From Macrostomum hystrix (Eukaryota; Animalia; Platyhelminthes), in NCBI GenBank assembly GCA_950097015.1, contig CATNEN010000025.1:8928001-8992000 (forward strand): 64,000 nucleotides of DNA, in the 5' to 3' direction. Made by a program: the position numbers and the translations under genes. Below the pieces are notes generated by a model, which worked only from the letters and a program-made list of their open reading frames with translations, ran no database searches and was not told where the DNA came from. Shown one piece after another: positions 11,515-23,600 of the stretch (its first letter is position 1; each line of letters starts with the position of its first letter).

Positions 11515-11791
11515 TATAGCTTTGCAAGGTTTTAAGCACAGATTCTATATTATCTAGATGCGCCACTGCAGCAATTTCTAATGCATTCAGTTGCCGCTTT
11601 CAATGCCTCTGCGAAAAACCCAGGGTTTATACCACAGACATTTTACGCTGCTGCAGTCAAGCGGCAGCCATGATCACAGATTCTATATTATATTATATTA
11701 GCCATGATCGTCTCTCACTTGCAAGCAGAGCTGCAGATTTTAAGGTTGGCACAGCGCAATCCTCCACAACTGAGTACGAACACCAACCAGT

Positions 11792-12140
11792 GATGAGCGG
11801 GCATCGCTGCTGCGCTGCTGCTTGTGATTCGAGGGAGAACACGCCAGTTTCACAACACGGCTTCGCTGTGCACCTGCATCAGTTTCCGAGCGATGATGAG
11901 GTGGCAGCGCAATGGATTCGAGTGCTAGAGCTCCAGAATATGGATGTGCAGACTGCGCGAAGCCGTAGGCTGAAGGTTTGCAGCCTGCACTTTAAGGACT
12001 CGGACTACCCCATCGCACCACGTGACAGGCGCTCGGCTCGGTTGAGGAAAGACGCCGTTCCATGGCCTGCAACTTTCCCTCCGCGATTCAGTCAGTCGTC
12101 ATTCCCTCAGTCATTCAGCCAGAATTGGTCTATGACCTAA
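11792..12140 (+). CDS. THAP zinc-finger domain ORF (host-gene exon or transposon relic), copy 1
   Basis: MSGHRCCAAAC...LHQFPSD...QWI...KVCSLHFKDSDY...LRKDAVP: C2CH ligands, conserved P, W, F and the AVP box. Confidence 0.75.
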
Positions 12141-12921
12141 ACCGAATTGTTGAGTTCACACCTCAGCAGAGTTCAAACTACAGAGGGTGTCCGCAAAGCA
12201 CAGAACTTACAGAACTTATTGGTAAGTTATGTGCTTGTAGGTATCGAATTTTTACTAATTAGCGCACGTACATACGATTTAAGACATCATGAGAAAAAAA
12301 TTAAACGTTGGGCTGGTTTTCAGTAGATAATGCATCGTTGATTTAGCTCGTAAAGCAATAATATTTAACGTCAAGAAGCAGACAGACATAATAAAACAAA
12401 CGCGCAGGATAAGTATTGGAAAAATTCTCTGAATGGGTATAGCAAATAATATAATTCAGTTGGTAAAAGTAACAGTGTGCTGCAATGAAGGTGTTGCAGT
12501 CAGTTCAGTTCAGGAGCTGTTTGTCCGTATCTGCATTGCAATCAATTAATAATTTCCGGGTTTGTTAGAAAAGAGTCAGATCCTAATCCTAACGAGGTAA
12601 TGACACTCGCTCACAAAAGAACTATTAATTTAAATAATGTGATATAAAAATTCTATGTTTTAAAAGCACAAGCGATTAAAATAGTATATTTCAAGACATT
12701 CTTGCAGTTTAGGGAGTAAATAAGTTAAAATGAAGCATTATAGTTAAACGATTCGAACATTACATCAACCTTACATATGAACACTTGTAGCACATTGGAA
12801 ACACTTTAGGCGATAGTACATTCATAGTAAGCTTCTTATAGTACGAGTAGTTTCATCAGGGATCGAGAGAAATCACAAAACTCAGTCTTGCAATTCGATT
12901 GCCTGTAATAGAAGGTAATGA

Positions 12922-13393
12922 GGCAATGTTCTACTTCCGTTCGTTATATTATTTTTTTGTTTGCAAACGACAGATAACGACAAAAAAACAAGTTTAACGG
13001 TAACAAAAAGTCGTAGTTTGGTCAGACAGTTCTGAAAAGTCTTGGTCAGTCTTTCTTCTTTCAAACCGGGTAAGTGCCTAATCCAGTAGAGGAGGCGACC
13101 GAAGCTATTCTTGGGGTATAGACAGCGCCATAAGAATTCTTCGAAGTGGCTTTCGAATAGAGCAGCACTCGTGCCATGCATTTGACGCAGCTTGGCCTTC
13201 GCAAAATCTTCAGCTGCAGAATTCTGTGCCTTAGCTTCCTGTTTCCCCATATTTGCCAGATTTTGCCATAGACATAGATCCAAGTGTCAAGTCACGGCAA
13301 AGCCACGTCAGCACAACTTTTCAAACTCAGAATGCACGTGTGGCACGAATTCAGACGAAAAAATAATATAACGAACGGAAGTAGAATATTGCC
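12922..13393 (-). mobile_element. Internally deleted Merlin (IS1016/IS1595-related) DNA transposon with transposase C-terminal remnant
   Basis: TIR GGCAAT(G/A)TTCTACTTCCGTTCGTTATATTATT (>32 bp, 1 mismatch); TSD GGTAATGA at 12914-12921 and 13394-13401; minus-strand AKAKLRQMHGTSAALFESHFEEFLWR..KNSFGRLL matches the Merlin C-terminus; empty site at 33252-33259. Confidence 0.9.
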
Positions 13394-14084
13394 GGTAATG
13401 AACATAGTATAGAATGAAAACTGTCTCGCAATCCTTGGAAAATGTTTAAATTTTACATTTTCCTAGAATTATAAATCCGATTCTCAGCGATCTGCAGTTA
13501 AAAATTTTCGAATTACTGATAGGCATCGTTAATAAATAGTAACTTCGCTATAATTGAAGTGCGTCAAAGTTATTCGTTAAATATTTCCGATTGACGTAAG
13601 TTTAATTATAGGTAATTGTTACCAATTCTTTCTACTTAGTGTTAATCGCTAAATAAAATGCGCAAGTCATTCTTTAAATTCTAAAATATTCTAAAAATGT
13701 ATGACAATACCCTCCGTTACTAACGCTTAATAAATGACATACAAAACTTTAATTCTAAAATTAATTGAAAATTAATCAAATTAAATATTTTTTTATTATG
13801 AAAATTATAATTTACTAAAGATTAGACTAAAATATTTACAATTAATGGGCTTTTAATATAAACTTAAGTTTTGTTTATTATTAAACGATTTTACCCGCCA
13901 ATGTCCTGAAAATGAAGCGAGGTATGTTGCCCTGCTCCTCGAGTTGGGCTCCAGCTAAGTAAGAAAACTATACTCATACTCATGAGAAGATAAAAACATG
14001 AATTAGCTTCCCAAACGGAAATCCTAAATGAATGTCAGTGCCAGTCCTCGACAAGGTGGCAGGTGTTCAATGTGTTCTTCATCT

Positions 14085-15149
14085 TCATGGACTCGCCGGT
14101 GGCATCTGGCGACGCCGGAGTCGCTCCGTCGCCGCTTCGTCGTCGCCGCCGTTGCAGCAGGCCAGGATGCGACGCCGCAGACGTTCGCGCCGAGTTCGGC
14201 CAGTCAGCACGAAGGGCCGCAGCGAATCGTCTGGCGCCGGGGGTGGCACCACGTTGAACTCGAGTTCAGCTGCCGCCAGGTAGTCGTGCATGTTGTCGCT
14301 CTCGCTGCCTGGTGACTTCTTCAGCCACTCCATGGACGGCTCGCTCAGGCCCTCCGGGTAGCGGGGCGCCGACTGGCCCTCCACGCAGCGAGATGAGATC
14401 TGGAACAGAGGCGGAGGATGAAGCATTTCATTAAGTTCTGGCATCGCGTTAGCAGTAGAAAGACCATTGGGTTGTTTCAGTTTGCCCACATTTTTCTTTT
14501 TTCTGCATCCGCCAAAATATTCAACCAATCACCATGAAGTCCAGAGCTAAAAGTTTCCACTCTATTCGATGAAACAACTTCCATAATCACAAAGGGGCGA
14601 ATTCCCTGTGGTCTTCCCCAGGGGCGAATTCCCTGTGGTCTTCCCCAGGGGCGAATTCCCTGTGGTCTTCCCCAGGGGCGAATTCCCTGTGGTCTTCCCC
14701 AGGGGCGAATTCCCTGTGGTCTTCCCCAGGGGCGAATTCCCTTTGGTCTTCCCCAGGGGCGAATTCCCTGTGGTCTTCCCCAGGGGCGAATTCCCTATGG
14801 TCTTCCCCAGGGGCGAATTTCCTGTGGTCTTCCCCAGGGGCGAATTCCCTGTGGTCTACTGTTAATGTCGAGTCTCTGAATGCCTAGGAATCGATTGGTT
14901 TCTAAAAATAGTTGCATTTCTTAAAGCCGTGCAGTTGCAAAGACGCATTCTATTCAGTAATATTTTAATTTGTACGATTACATTCTTTACATTTCAAGCA
15001 ACAATTCTTCTAATTTCAAAGTGTAGCAGTGCTCAGCTCACCTCCAGGTTGTAGTCCAGAATCTCGGACGTGTGAAAATCTTCGTCATCGTCTCCGAAGG
15101 GATTCATAACGCACATAGCCACCTTGAGCCAGCCCATCAGAAAGAGGAA
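14085..15149 (-). pseudogene. BEST: Orphan last two exons of bestrophin A (partial duplicate)
   Basis: Exons 15042-15149 ([36 protein letters not shown]) and 14085-14399; homology to the full gene stops 23 nt into the preceding intron. Confidence 0.85.
14595..14855. repeat. 27-bp intronic minisatellite (shorter array at 34448-34605)
   Basis: Unit AGGGGCGAATTCCCTGTGGTCTTCCCC; about 10 versus about 6 units. Confidence 0.95.
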
Positions 15150-15172
15150 CTGGCCAATTTAGAAAAAAAGTT

Positions 15173-15728
15173 CGCTCAGTCGGCCACACTGACCGTGCTG
15201 TCCCCTAGACTCAATCAGCAGCTAGACGAGCTCTACGAAAAGGTCAACGGCGCGGCGGGTTGCGTCGCCCTGGACGCCGTTCAACGCAGTCCACGCTGGG
15301 AGCTGGTTCGCCTGCCGCCTGCTATTTTTGTTGCTAGCCATTCGCAGCATCAGCAGCCTCAGCAGCTTCAGCCGCATTACAATAGTCTTCAGCACACGCA
15401 TCATTCAGATGTTCAGTTTCCTGATTCTCAGCTGCAGCAATTGCAACAGCAGCAGCAGCATCAACAGCAGCATCAGCAGCAGCAGCTGCCAATTCCTTCG
15501 CCGCGCATTCTATGGCAAGGCACTTTCGAGTTTACCAAATCCGCCACCAGAATGTCCTTCCAGCTGCCAGTTCGCTTCGTGGAGATTCTGTCGGCGCCTG
15601 ATCAGCCGCCAAATCCTTGGAGCTTTCATCATTTTGAGCAGAACAAGCAAACCGCCAGTTGTGCAATTCTAAAGCCGGAACTTCATCCCACTGTCGAGGA
15701 TCACTTTCGCAAATATCCCAGCTTGTAG
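15173..15728 (+). pseudogene. MED25: 5'-truncated fragment resembling Mediator subunit MED25 (end of vWA domain, Q-rich linker, start of ACID/PTOV domain)
   Basis: TLTVLSPRLNQQLDELYEKV..SPRWELVRLP resembles the MED25 vWA end as recalled; ILWQGTFEF..FQLPV..ILKPELHPTVEDHFRK resembles the ACID start. Begins abruptly at the duplication junction. Confidence 0.5.
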
Positions 15729-16029
15729 AGTGCAGAATTACGGTACTATTTATTTTAACCAATCATGCGCTAACTACTCTACTGATCCGCTTAGTAGTAT
15801 TTTTAGAAAATGCGAATTAGAAAACATACGCTCGTACAAGTACAACATGTGATTCATTTTACCAAAAAATGAGAATCGAATCAATCAAAAATCATGTGAC
15901 TACTATTAATAGTATCCAATCAATTTTTATGTCATAAGCAACCAGCGATCCCACCAATCATGTTACCCAAAATCAATCAAAAGGTCAAGAAAGCGATAAT
16001 CCATCTTTTTGCGCTTCTACTAGTTTAGT

Positions 16030-16393
16030 TGTAAAAAAGTCTAACCTCTCAAGTTGTCAAGCGTTGACCCAGACTTTTTGACACCATTTTGACACCTGTA
16101 CTTTAAACGCACTCATCGAACCCGAGAGGGTCCGATTCTCTATAAATACAAGAGCTCCGAAGCGAGCCCAGATTCAGAGTCTCGCCGAGACGAGCAGAGT
16201 CTCGCAGAAAAGAGAAAACGGAGAGTCTGAAGTGGATTGGACTCCAGGTCCAAGACTTGTGGTAAGAGTTCCCTGATTTATCCTAATTAATTAATTATTA
16301 GCTTTCTTGATCTAAGTTAAACCTCTCCGAGTAATCGTTAAACCAACGATTACAGCGTAATCACAGACGTGTGATTATATTGAATATATTACA
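16030..16393 (+). mobile_element. LTR-like sequence
   Basis: TGTAA...TTACA termini, TATAAATA at 16141, 364 bp; no TSD or partner LTR seen. Confidence 0.35.
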
Positions 16394-16664
16394 AAGGGTG
16401 AGCGCCAGACTCGTGGTAAAACCTACCAGGGCTGGTAAGAAGGAACACACTCCACAAGTGACTATTGGTTAACCGACATCAACGATAAATCAGAATCAGG
16501 AAGATTCTGATTTATTCCTAAATTCCTAAAAGAGAAACAAGGAACTTATCAAGCTTTTATCGGGTGCGAATTGTTCCCATCAATGGGGAAGATGTGCAGC
16601 ACTTGTTGGACACTTTTGGATCCTGTGTGAGTCTTCAGAGCTTTAGTTCCAGCAACTAAGAGAG

Positions 16665-17180
16665 AGAGAGAGTAGGGTGAGGATATGAGAGAGTAGGGTA
16701 AGGATATGAGAGAGTAGGGTGAGGATATGAGAGAGTAGGGTGAGGATATGAGAGAGTAGGGTGAGGATATGAGAGAGTAGGGTGAGGATATGAGAGAGTA
16801 GTGTGAGGATATGAGAGAGTAGGGTGAGGATATGAGAGAGTAGGGTGAGGATATGAGAGAGTAGGGTGAGGATATGAGAGAGTAGGGTGAGGATATGAGA
16901 GAGTAGGGTGAGGATATGAGAGAGTAGTGTGAGGATATGAGAGAGTAGGGTGAGGATAGAGTAGGGTGAGGATATGAGAGAGTAGGGTGAGGATAGAGTA
17001 GAGTGAGGATATGAGAGAGTAGGGTCAGGATATGAGAGAGTAGGGTGAGGATAGAGTAGGGTGAGGATATGAGAGAGTAGGGTGAGGATATGAGAGAGTA
17101 GGGTGAGGATATGAGAGAGTAGGGTGAGGATATGAGAGAGTCGGGTGAGGATATGAGAGAGTAGGGTGAGGATATGAGAG
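16665..17180. repeat. 21-bp minisatellite
   Basis: Unit GAGAGTAGGGTGAGGATATGA. Confidence 0.95.
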
Positions 17181-17302
17181 AATTGTGTGTTTGGATATGA
17201 TAGTAGCGTGAATATGTAAGATCGAACGTGTTTTAAGATAAGCGCTACAACGCTTACTAAATCCTGAACCGCCGCCAGATGGCCCTAGTCTACAGTGAGC
17301 TG

Positions 17303-17720
17303 CTTGAAGTTTTCTTTCCTGAAGTTTTCTTTCCTGAAGTTTTCTTCCCTGAAGTTTTCTTTCCTGAAGTTTTCTTCCCTGAAGTTTTCTTTCCTGAAGT
17401 TTTCTTTCCTAAAGTTTTTTTTCCAGAGTTTCTCTTTCCTAAACCACTGGGTGCCCACCCACCCACCTGTCTAATTAACCTGGCTGCCCAACCACCTGTC
17501 TAATTAACCTGGCTGCCCACATAACTGTCTAATTAACCTGCCCACCCACCCACCTGTCTAATTAACCTGGCTGCCCACATAACTGTCTAATTAACCTGAT
17601 TTATCTATCTAATCAACTTAGCTACCCACCCACTTACCTATCTACTTGCATACCTACCTGCCTGCTTACCTACCTACCTACCTACCTACCTACCTACCTA
17701 CCTACCTACCTACCCACCTA
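17303..17720. repeat. Compound repeat: 15-bp GAAGTTTTCTTTCCT, ~28-bp CCACCTGTCTAATTAACCTGGCTGCCCA, then (CCTA)n
   Basis: Direct reading; directly upstream of the MOV10-like acceptor. Confidence 0.9.
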
Positions 17721-17728
17721 CCCATCAG

Positions 17729-18259
17729 GTGATTCTGGCCGGCGACCCGTAGCAGCTGGGCCCAGTGGTCCAATCAACCTGGGCACTGAAGTTCGGCCTA
17801 GGCGAGTCCCTGCTCCACCGCCTCATAGAGACCTCGCCGGCCTACGCCCGACGTCCCGGTCGCTATCCGGACGACGGCTACGATCCCCTGCTGGTGACGA
17901 AACTGCTGCAGAACTACCGCAGCCAATCCGCACTGCTCACAGTCTACTCCGACCTGTTCTACCATTCCGAATTGATTCCGCGAGTGGATCCCGCGGCCGG
18001 CAATCGGTTCCTGACCTGGCCCAGCCTGCCGAATCCCCAAGTGCCGCTGCTATTTCACGGCGTCATCGGCGAGGACCGGCGCGAAGGCGACTCGCCGTCA
18101 TGGTTCAATCCGGCCGAGGCTGTGCTGGTGGTTCGCTACGTCATCAACCTGCTGGCGCTTTGGCCGCATCTCGGCGACGCCAACGACGGCATGGGCGTGG
18201 TCACGCCGTACAGGAAGCAGGCCGAGAAGATCCGATCGCTGCTATTTGCCGATCGCTGA
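17729..18259 (+). pseudogene. MOV10: MOV10/Armitage-like SF1 RNA helicase exon with premature stop
   Basis: Acceptor cccatcag, then VILAGDP*QLGPVVQS..FGLGESLLHRL, LLQNYRS, SWFNPAEA, GVVTPYRKQAEKIR (UPF1-like motifs III-V); TAG at 17750-17752; homology ends near 18243. Confidence 0.8.
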
Positions 18260-18730
18260 GGTTGGCAAGGGAGCTACCGCATTGGCAAAAAGGTGGTACA
18301 AGATTGTGAACGACTTGTCAGTCTGCCAAAGCCTTCGCTTTCGACCTTGGCAGTCCAATCTTGAAACGATTTCTAGAAAGGGCCTGCGGGCAAGGTGTAC
18401 TGCACCTACTGTGGATTAGGGCACAGGTCAGAAGCGTGCAACAAGGTTGCCACGGCTACTAGCCGCCGGACCTTCCTGCAACAAGAGAATCGCTGTTTTC
18501 GTTGCTTGCGCACAGGCCATTGGCTTCGCATGTGCAATGACTCACGAAAGTGCAGAAACTGCGGAGGAGCTCATCACGTGAGCATTTGCATCCCTACCGC
18601 TCATAAACCTAAAACTAGCGATCGGCACATACATGTAGCTCAAAATGAAGGCGGGAAAAGGGGAAAAGACCCATGTCACGTGACCAGTGTCTACCGACCT
18701 CCGCAGAGCAGACAGATGCATCGCTTGTGA
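18250..18730 (+). mobile_element. BEL/Pao LTR-retrotransposon gag fragment
   Basis: Triple Cys/His knuckle CTYCGLGHRSEAC..CFRCLRTGHWLRMC..CRNCGGAHHVSIC. Confidence 0.8.
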
Positions 18731-20399
18731 GGCAGTGAATAAATTAGGACTTTTTTCATTTTAAATTCCCGCCACTTTTCCTCACGCGCTAGCTAAATAT
18801 CGTAATCTCACGCAGTGCTCTTTGTTCGTAATATTCGCTCTCAAGTGGAAACATGCACCCACCCCAATTTCTTTGTATATATGTATAGAGGAAAATATAA
18901 ATGCGATCTTCAACCTGCTCCCTCGCTCCCCAGTCATACCAATAACACTGGTTAAACCTACTATACGTTCTCGACGAAATATAAGCGATTAAACTTCCTA
19001 ACTCTTTTCCTGTTTCGCTATTAAATAGACCGAGTTCCTTAGTTATTTTCCTAATAAAAGGAAAACAGTTAAAGATACCTTTGCCTTCCCAATCCTCTCC
19101 CAAAGATCTCTGGTCGGCCTTCTTTACCAAAACCCACCCTATTATATGATCCCTTTGAAATACCAATATACCGTCCTAAAATCCCGTCCAAAAGTCCACC
19201 TGAAGTCTATCTGAAGTCCACCTAAAAGTTCCCTAAATACCCCCTGAAGTTCCTAAACTCCGCCTTTATCCCTCATGAGACTGTACTAATCCCGGACCCC
19301 ATAGAGGAAAGTAAGTGAGAGCGCGAAGGACGTTCACCAGGCTACTTCAATCCATCCTGATACGCCCCACGGACTGTGTGCCCCAGATCAGTGACCTTAG
19401 CCCTCGTGCCAGCAGCAGTAAATTCCGCTCCCATTGTTAGTAGCTAGTGTCTTGCCGCTCGGGCATTAGCGCTACCTTAGGTATAGCCCGAACAGCGTGG
19501 AAAATACCTATTCTCACCCTCATAACTTACGCTACCATCCCCCCCAAATACTCAGCTCACCAATCCCAAATCCAACAAATAGAGAGAGAGCTGAGAGGTC
19601 TGCTACACTTGAAATATTGAAAAAAACTTATTGTTTCATTATAAGGTTCAATATTCGCATAAAATAACCCAAGCCCAATAGTCTGCGGCAGAGTTTTTCG
19701 AAACTAATCAGCAGGCCCAGTCAAATAGGGAATTCGTTTTAACAACAAACCTATACCCTTACCTAAACCATAATTAACACTAAACCGAAACCAAAACCGA
19801 AACCGAAACCTAACGTTGTGACTGATTGTGTGAGTACACTTGCCCTGCCAGCAAACCTAGCGTGAGTGACCTTATACACAAAAATCGGGATTTCTAAAGC
19901 GATAGAAACGCTGTGGCTAAGAGTGTCGGCTTGACTGTGGACAATGTCGAAGGCACTTTCTGAAGTCTGTTTGGTGGGCGCTTTTACTCATAATTTTTTA
20001 TTGGCTAACAATTAATTAACAATTAATTAATAATTAATTAACAATTAATTAACAATTAATTAACAATTAATTATCAATTAATTAACAATTAATTAACAAT
20101 TAATAAATTAAGCAGCTTATAAAAACAAAAATGTTTTTACGATCGTTTATTCCCGGTCTCCGAAGGAAGGAAAACCGAAATTGTCATTTTTTATTTTTAG
20201 TTGAAATCTAAAATAATCGGTAATACATGCTGAAGAAGCAGAAGTGCCCCATTGTCAGTCGACCTTTCGAACCCCCGCGCGTGCGCGTATCTAGTTTGTA
20301 ATTGCGATCCCCGCGACCCAGTTCCTGTATTCCCATGTTTTACTTCTCTGTTTAGTAGTAATTGGTGATGGAGCTAATGATATATTGATAAAGGTTCCC

Positions 20400-21080
20400 C
20401 AATTAAGTTCATCACTTAAAAGACAGTCTACGTCTACGCTCAACGACTCAAATCCAGCGTCAGCTACTGGCTCCTCGGTCACGGCGTGTGCCACTCGAGA
20501 TGAATGGAAAGTGTCCGATTCATCGACGAGCTTGTCCCACAGCTTTACAGCGACAATGTTTGTTAGTAGTAACCCATCTGTTGCCCTTCCTGTCGCCAAG
20601 GCTATTTCGCTCAGTACTGACGGTCAACGAGAACTTCTATAGTCCGAGTCTTGTTGGACACGGCTAGCAATAGGTCATACATCAGGAAGGATGTGTGTGA
20701 ACTCTGAAACATCGAGTCCGCCACAACTGAATCATTGACGGTGTCGACCTTTACAGGTATCAATACCACAATTGCATCAGGTAGCGTCTCAGTCTCAATT
20801 CGAAAAATCGATTCACACTAAGTTCTGAAATTGCGTGCTAATTTTGTCAAAGAGATCTGCGAGCCTCAGCGCTCAGTCTTAGTGAACGAATTCCCTCACC
20901 TGAACGGCTTGGACTTAGCGGATCCGTACGACCCTCGTGATGCAAGCACCGATCTCAATCCTAATTGGCGCTGATCACTACTACGATATTGTCGGTGGTA
21001 AAGTCGTTCGTGGGTGTGAGGGACCGGCGGCTGCGTCGTCCAATCTGGGATTCGTTCTCTGTGGACCAGTGAAACTTAAA
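20400..21080 (+). mobile_element. BEL/Pao protease-region fragment (degraded)
   Basis: VALPVAKA..VRVLLDTASNRSYI..EFPHLNGLDLADP..ISILIGADHYYDIV..GFVLCGPV, with stops and a frameshift. Confidence 0.75.
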
Positions 21081-22749
21081 GAGAAAATGTCTAGTCGCTC
21101 TAGTAGATTAAAAATTCATTCGCTTATCCACTCTCTTATCCGAGTTCAACTGGTATTCGTATTAATTCATTTCGCCTTTGGTGTTGGTATATTTTTCACA
21201 TAATCTCCATTACTACAAGTAATCTCTGCATTAATTGCATTCTCGGCATTAATCTCTGCATTAATTGCATTCTCTGCATTAATCTCTGCATTAATCTCTG
21301 CATTAATCTCTGCATTAATTGCATTCTCTGCATTAATCTCTGCATTAATTGCATTAATCTCTGCATTAAGAAAGAAAAATCTAAAGCCTGAGGACAGGTC
21401 GCTGACTAGCTATTGTAATTTGTAACAGAGTATGATGAGCTGACATTAATAATTGTATTCAGAAATGGACTACAAGTCAAAAAACTAAAAAATACCCAGC
21501 GGGAAAGCCTACCTCGAATCTAGCTGAATGTAACTCTAGTTTTTAGGATAGGCTTGAATTTTCTTTTTAGTGCACCAAAGATGCTTTTTGCATCAAAATC
21601 ATGCACCAAAAAATCGTTCAGTTTCAGAAAAATCGGCCAAACAAAATTTTAACTTAAAATAGCAAGAATAAGTCTAGTTATATTCTAGCTATATAGTGTC
21701 TGTCGTTTTTCGAGAAAACTATTTTTTGTTTTAAAATATTTTCATAGCACAGAATAACAAAACTTTACAATAATATTTTTGTTCTTACGCGAAACAAAGT
21801 CTGGGTTGTAAAATAGCAATCTCTTAATTAAGTATGATAATAAAAAAGAAAAAATTGAAACGTCTTACCATTGGTACAGTCCATTTTTTAACTTTTCTTG
21901 TGTTCTCGCGCGCCGACTAACTAGCAAGCCTACATTTTATACTATAGATTTGACTGGTTCCTTAGTCTCGCTTTTTTGTGGAAATTACCAAGGTACGGAA
22001 ATGTTAAAACCTCTATCAGAACGTTTACAACTCTTATGTGTTTCTTTCTCATTTTGAACTTTTTATTATTACTTATTTCGATACAGCAATATGTACAATA
22101 TAATGTTGTAGGTATTGCTAATGTAGCTATTTAGCTGGTCAATCAAAGCACTTTGCTGAGTTTTTTAATCAGAATATACATTTCAACTAGCTAAGCTAAT
22201 ATACAAATCAACGAAAATATACAAATCAGTTCCTTTAAAAGTATTTCGAGTTAGTGACGTGACATTTTTAAAAGAAATGTTTATTTAAATTGAACTATTT
22301 TAAGAAGATAGATTATAAATTGTATTAGGAATTTAAGGGATTTAGTTTCATTAATTTTAACTCTTCAAAAAATACACACAGTAGAAACTCGAATTATTTT
22401 ATGCATTGATCCCAGGAAGGAAGTATTAGAGCAAACAAAGAGCAGTTGCTAATATAGCTATCCAACCCTTTTCCTGAATTCAAAAGGAAATCAATAAAAT
22501 TATTTGAAATCTTTGAAAGTGAAATATCCAAACTTATTTTGTCAGAAGAGATAACCAGAAAAACAATTCTCTTTTAGCTTAGCATCATTTTATATAATTA
22601 ATATCTTTAATAACGCTTTTATATTCACGTTATTATGGAAATCAAATATAATTATTCATGTACAACTTAGTAGTCTAGCCTTTTCACTAGAATTCATGAT
22701 GCAATAATTATTGGAATCGGCATTCAGCCAGCCAAGAATTTAACCTTTT

Positions 22750-23600
22750 TTGGCCTCTCATTAAATGCATTAGGCAAACTCGTTTCTCGAATATTTAATA
22801 CCTTTAGAATAAAGGCACATTGTCGAAAATGTCAAGGTGTCTTGCGAGTAACATTTGGACTGTTTAGAAAAAAACACGACCAATTTTGGTTGAGGCATGC
22901 AGCCTGTAGAGCGACGTTCGACAGACAGACAGACAGACTTTAGAGATTTAGTATAGGTGGATGGATGGACTAGCAATTTTAGCCCCCTCTGGGCAGCGGA
23001 AACCGGATTTTGGGATCTATAAATTCCCCTCCTTTTTCAAGGTAGGCCTAAAGTACGCTAATAAACACATCAAAATATTTTTATGGTTTCATTTAGTGAC
23101 ACTAGATCGCAGCCAGCGAACCCGCTCGGACTCCATCATTTTTAAGTTATTAGCAGACCCAACTCTTATCTCTTATTCTAATTTTAAGCAATATTATTCA
23201 GACGATAAATATGTAAAAGTAATGTTACCCGGAGTTGAGACGTACTCTATACTCGTTTAGACTAGGAAACCATAAGCTAGCTTGAGAAACATTGCGAGCT
23301 GCCAGACAGAAAGTTCCCTATGAGAATAGATTATTTAGTAAGTGCAAAATTAAAGTGGAAAACGAGGTCCAGTTCTTATTCAAGTGCAGTTGGAATAGTT
23401 ATAGCTCATCACGTTCGAATTTCGATAAGGAAATTTCAGGGCGTGAAACTCCTAATTTCACGTCCCTAACAGCAGAAGAAAAATCTAACCACATATTGGC
23501 GGCACAAGACGACAGGGAAACCTCTGAAGCACTGGCAAACTACATCGTCAAGAAACATGTAAAATAAGATAAGCTGCCCTGAAGCAGCTAACATTTAAAT
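22750..23600 (+). mobile_element. Degraded LINE 3' region (CR1/L2/Crack-like C-terminal zinc knuckle)
   Basis: KVPYENRLFSKCKIKVENEVQFLFKC..YSSSR resembles the R.C..C...VEDE.HFL..C..Y...R motif. Confidence 0.45.

Larger units (their letters stand above)
1..15172. repeat. Segmental duplication, copy 1 (left end lies outside the window)
   Basis: 1-5600 matches 23948-29577 and 9245-15172 matches 29595-34919; homology ends at ...AGAAAAAAAGTT in a bestrophin intron. Confidence 0.95.

Noticed and set aside
9398-11566. Many overlapping GC-rich ORFs on both strands (also 29815-31904)
   Set aside because: All are explained by the frameshifted GC-rich LINE.
17255-17300. LNRRQMALVY as an upstream MOV10 exon
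   Set aside because: Very short, preceded by a stop, and its phase does not match the 17729 acceptor.
18789-19600. 125-aa minus-strand ORF and an adjacent possibly structured sequence
   Set aside because: No recognisable motif and no ribozyme fold I can support; probably TE debris.
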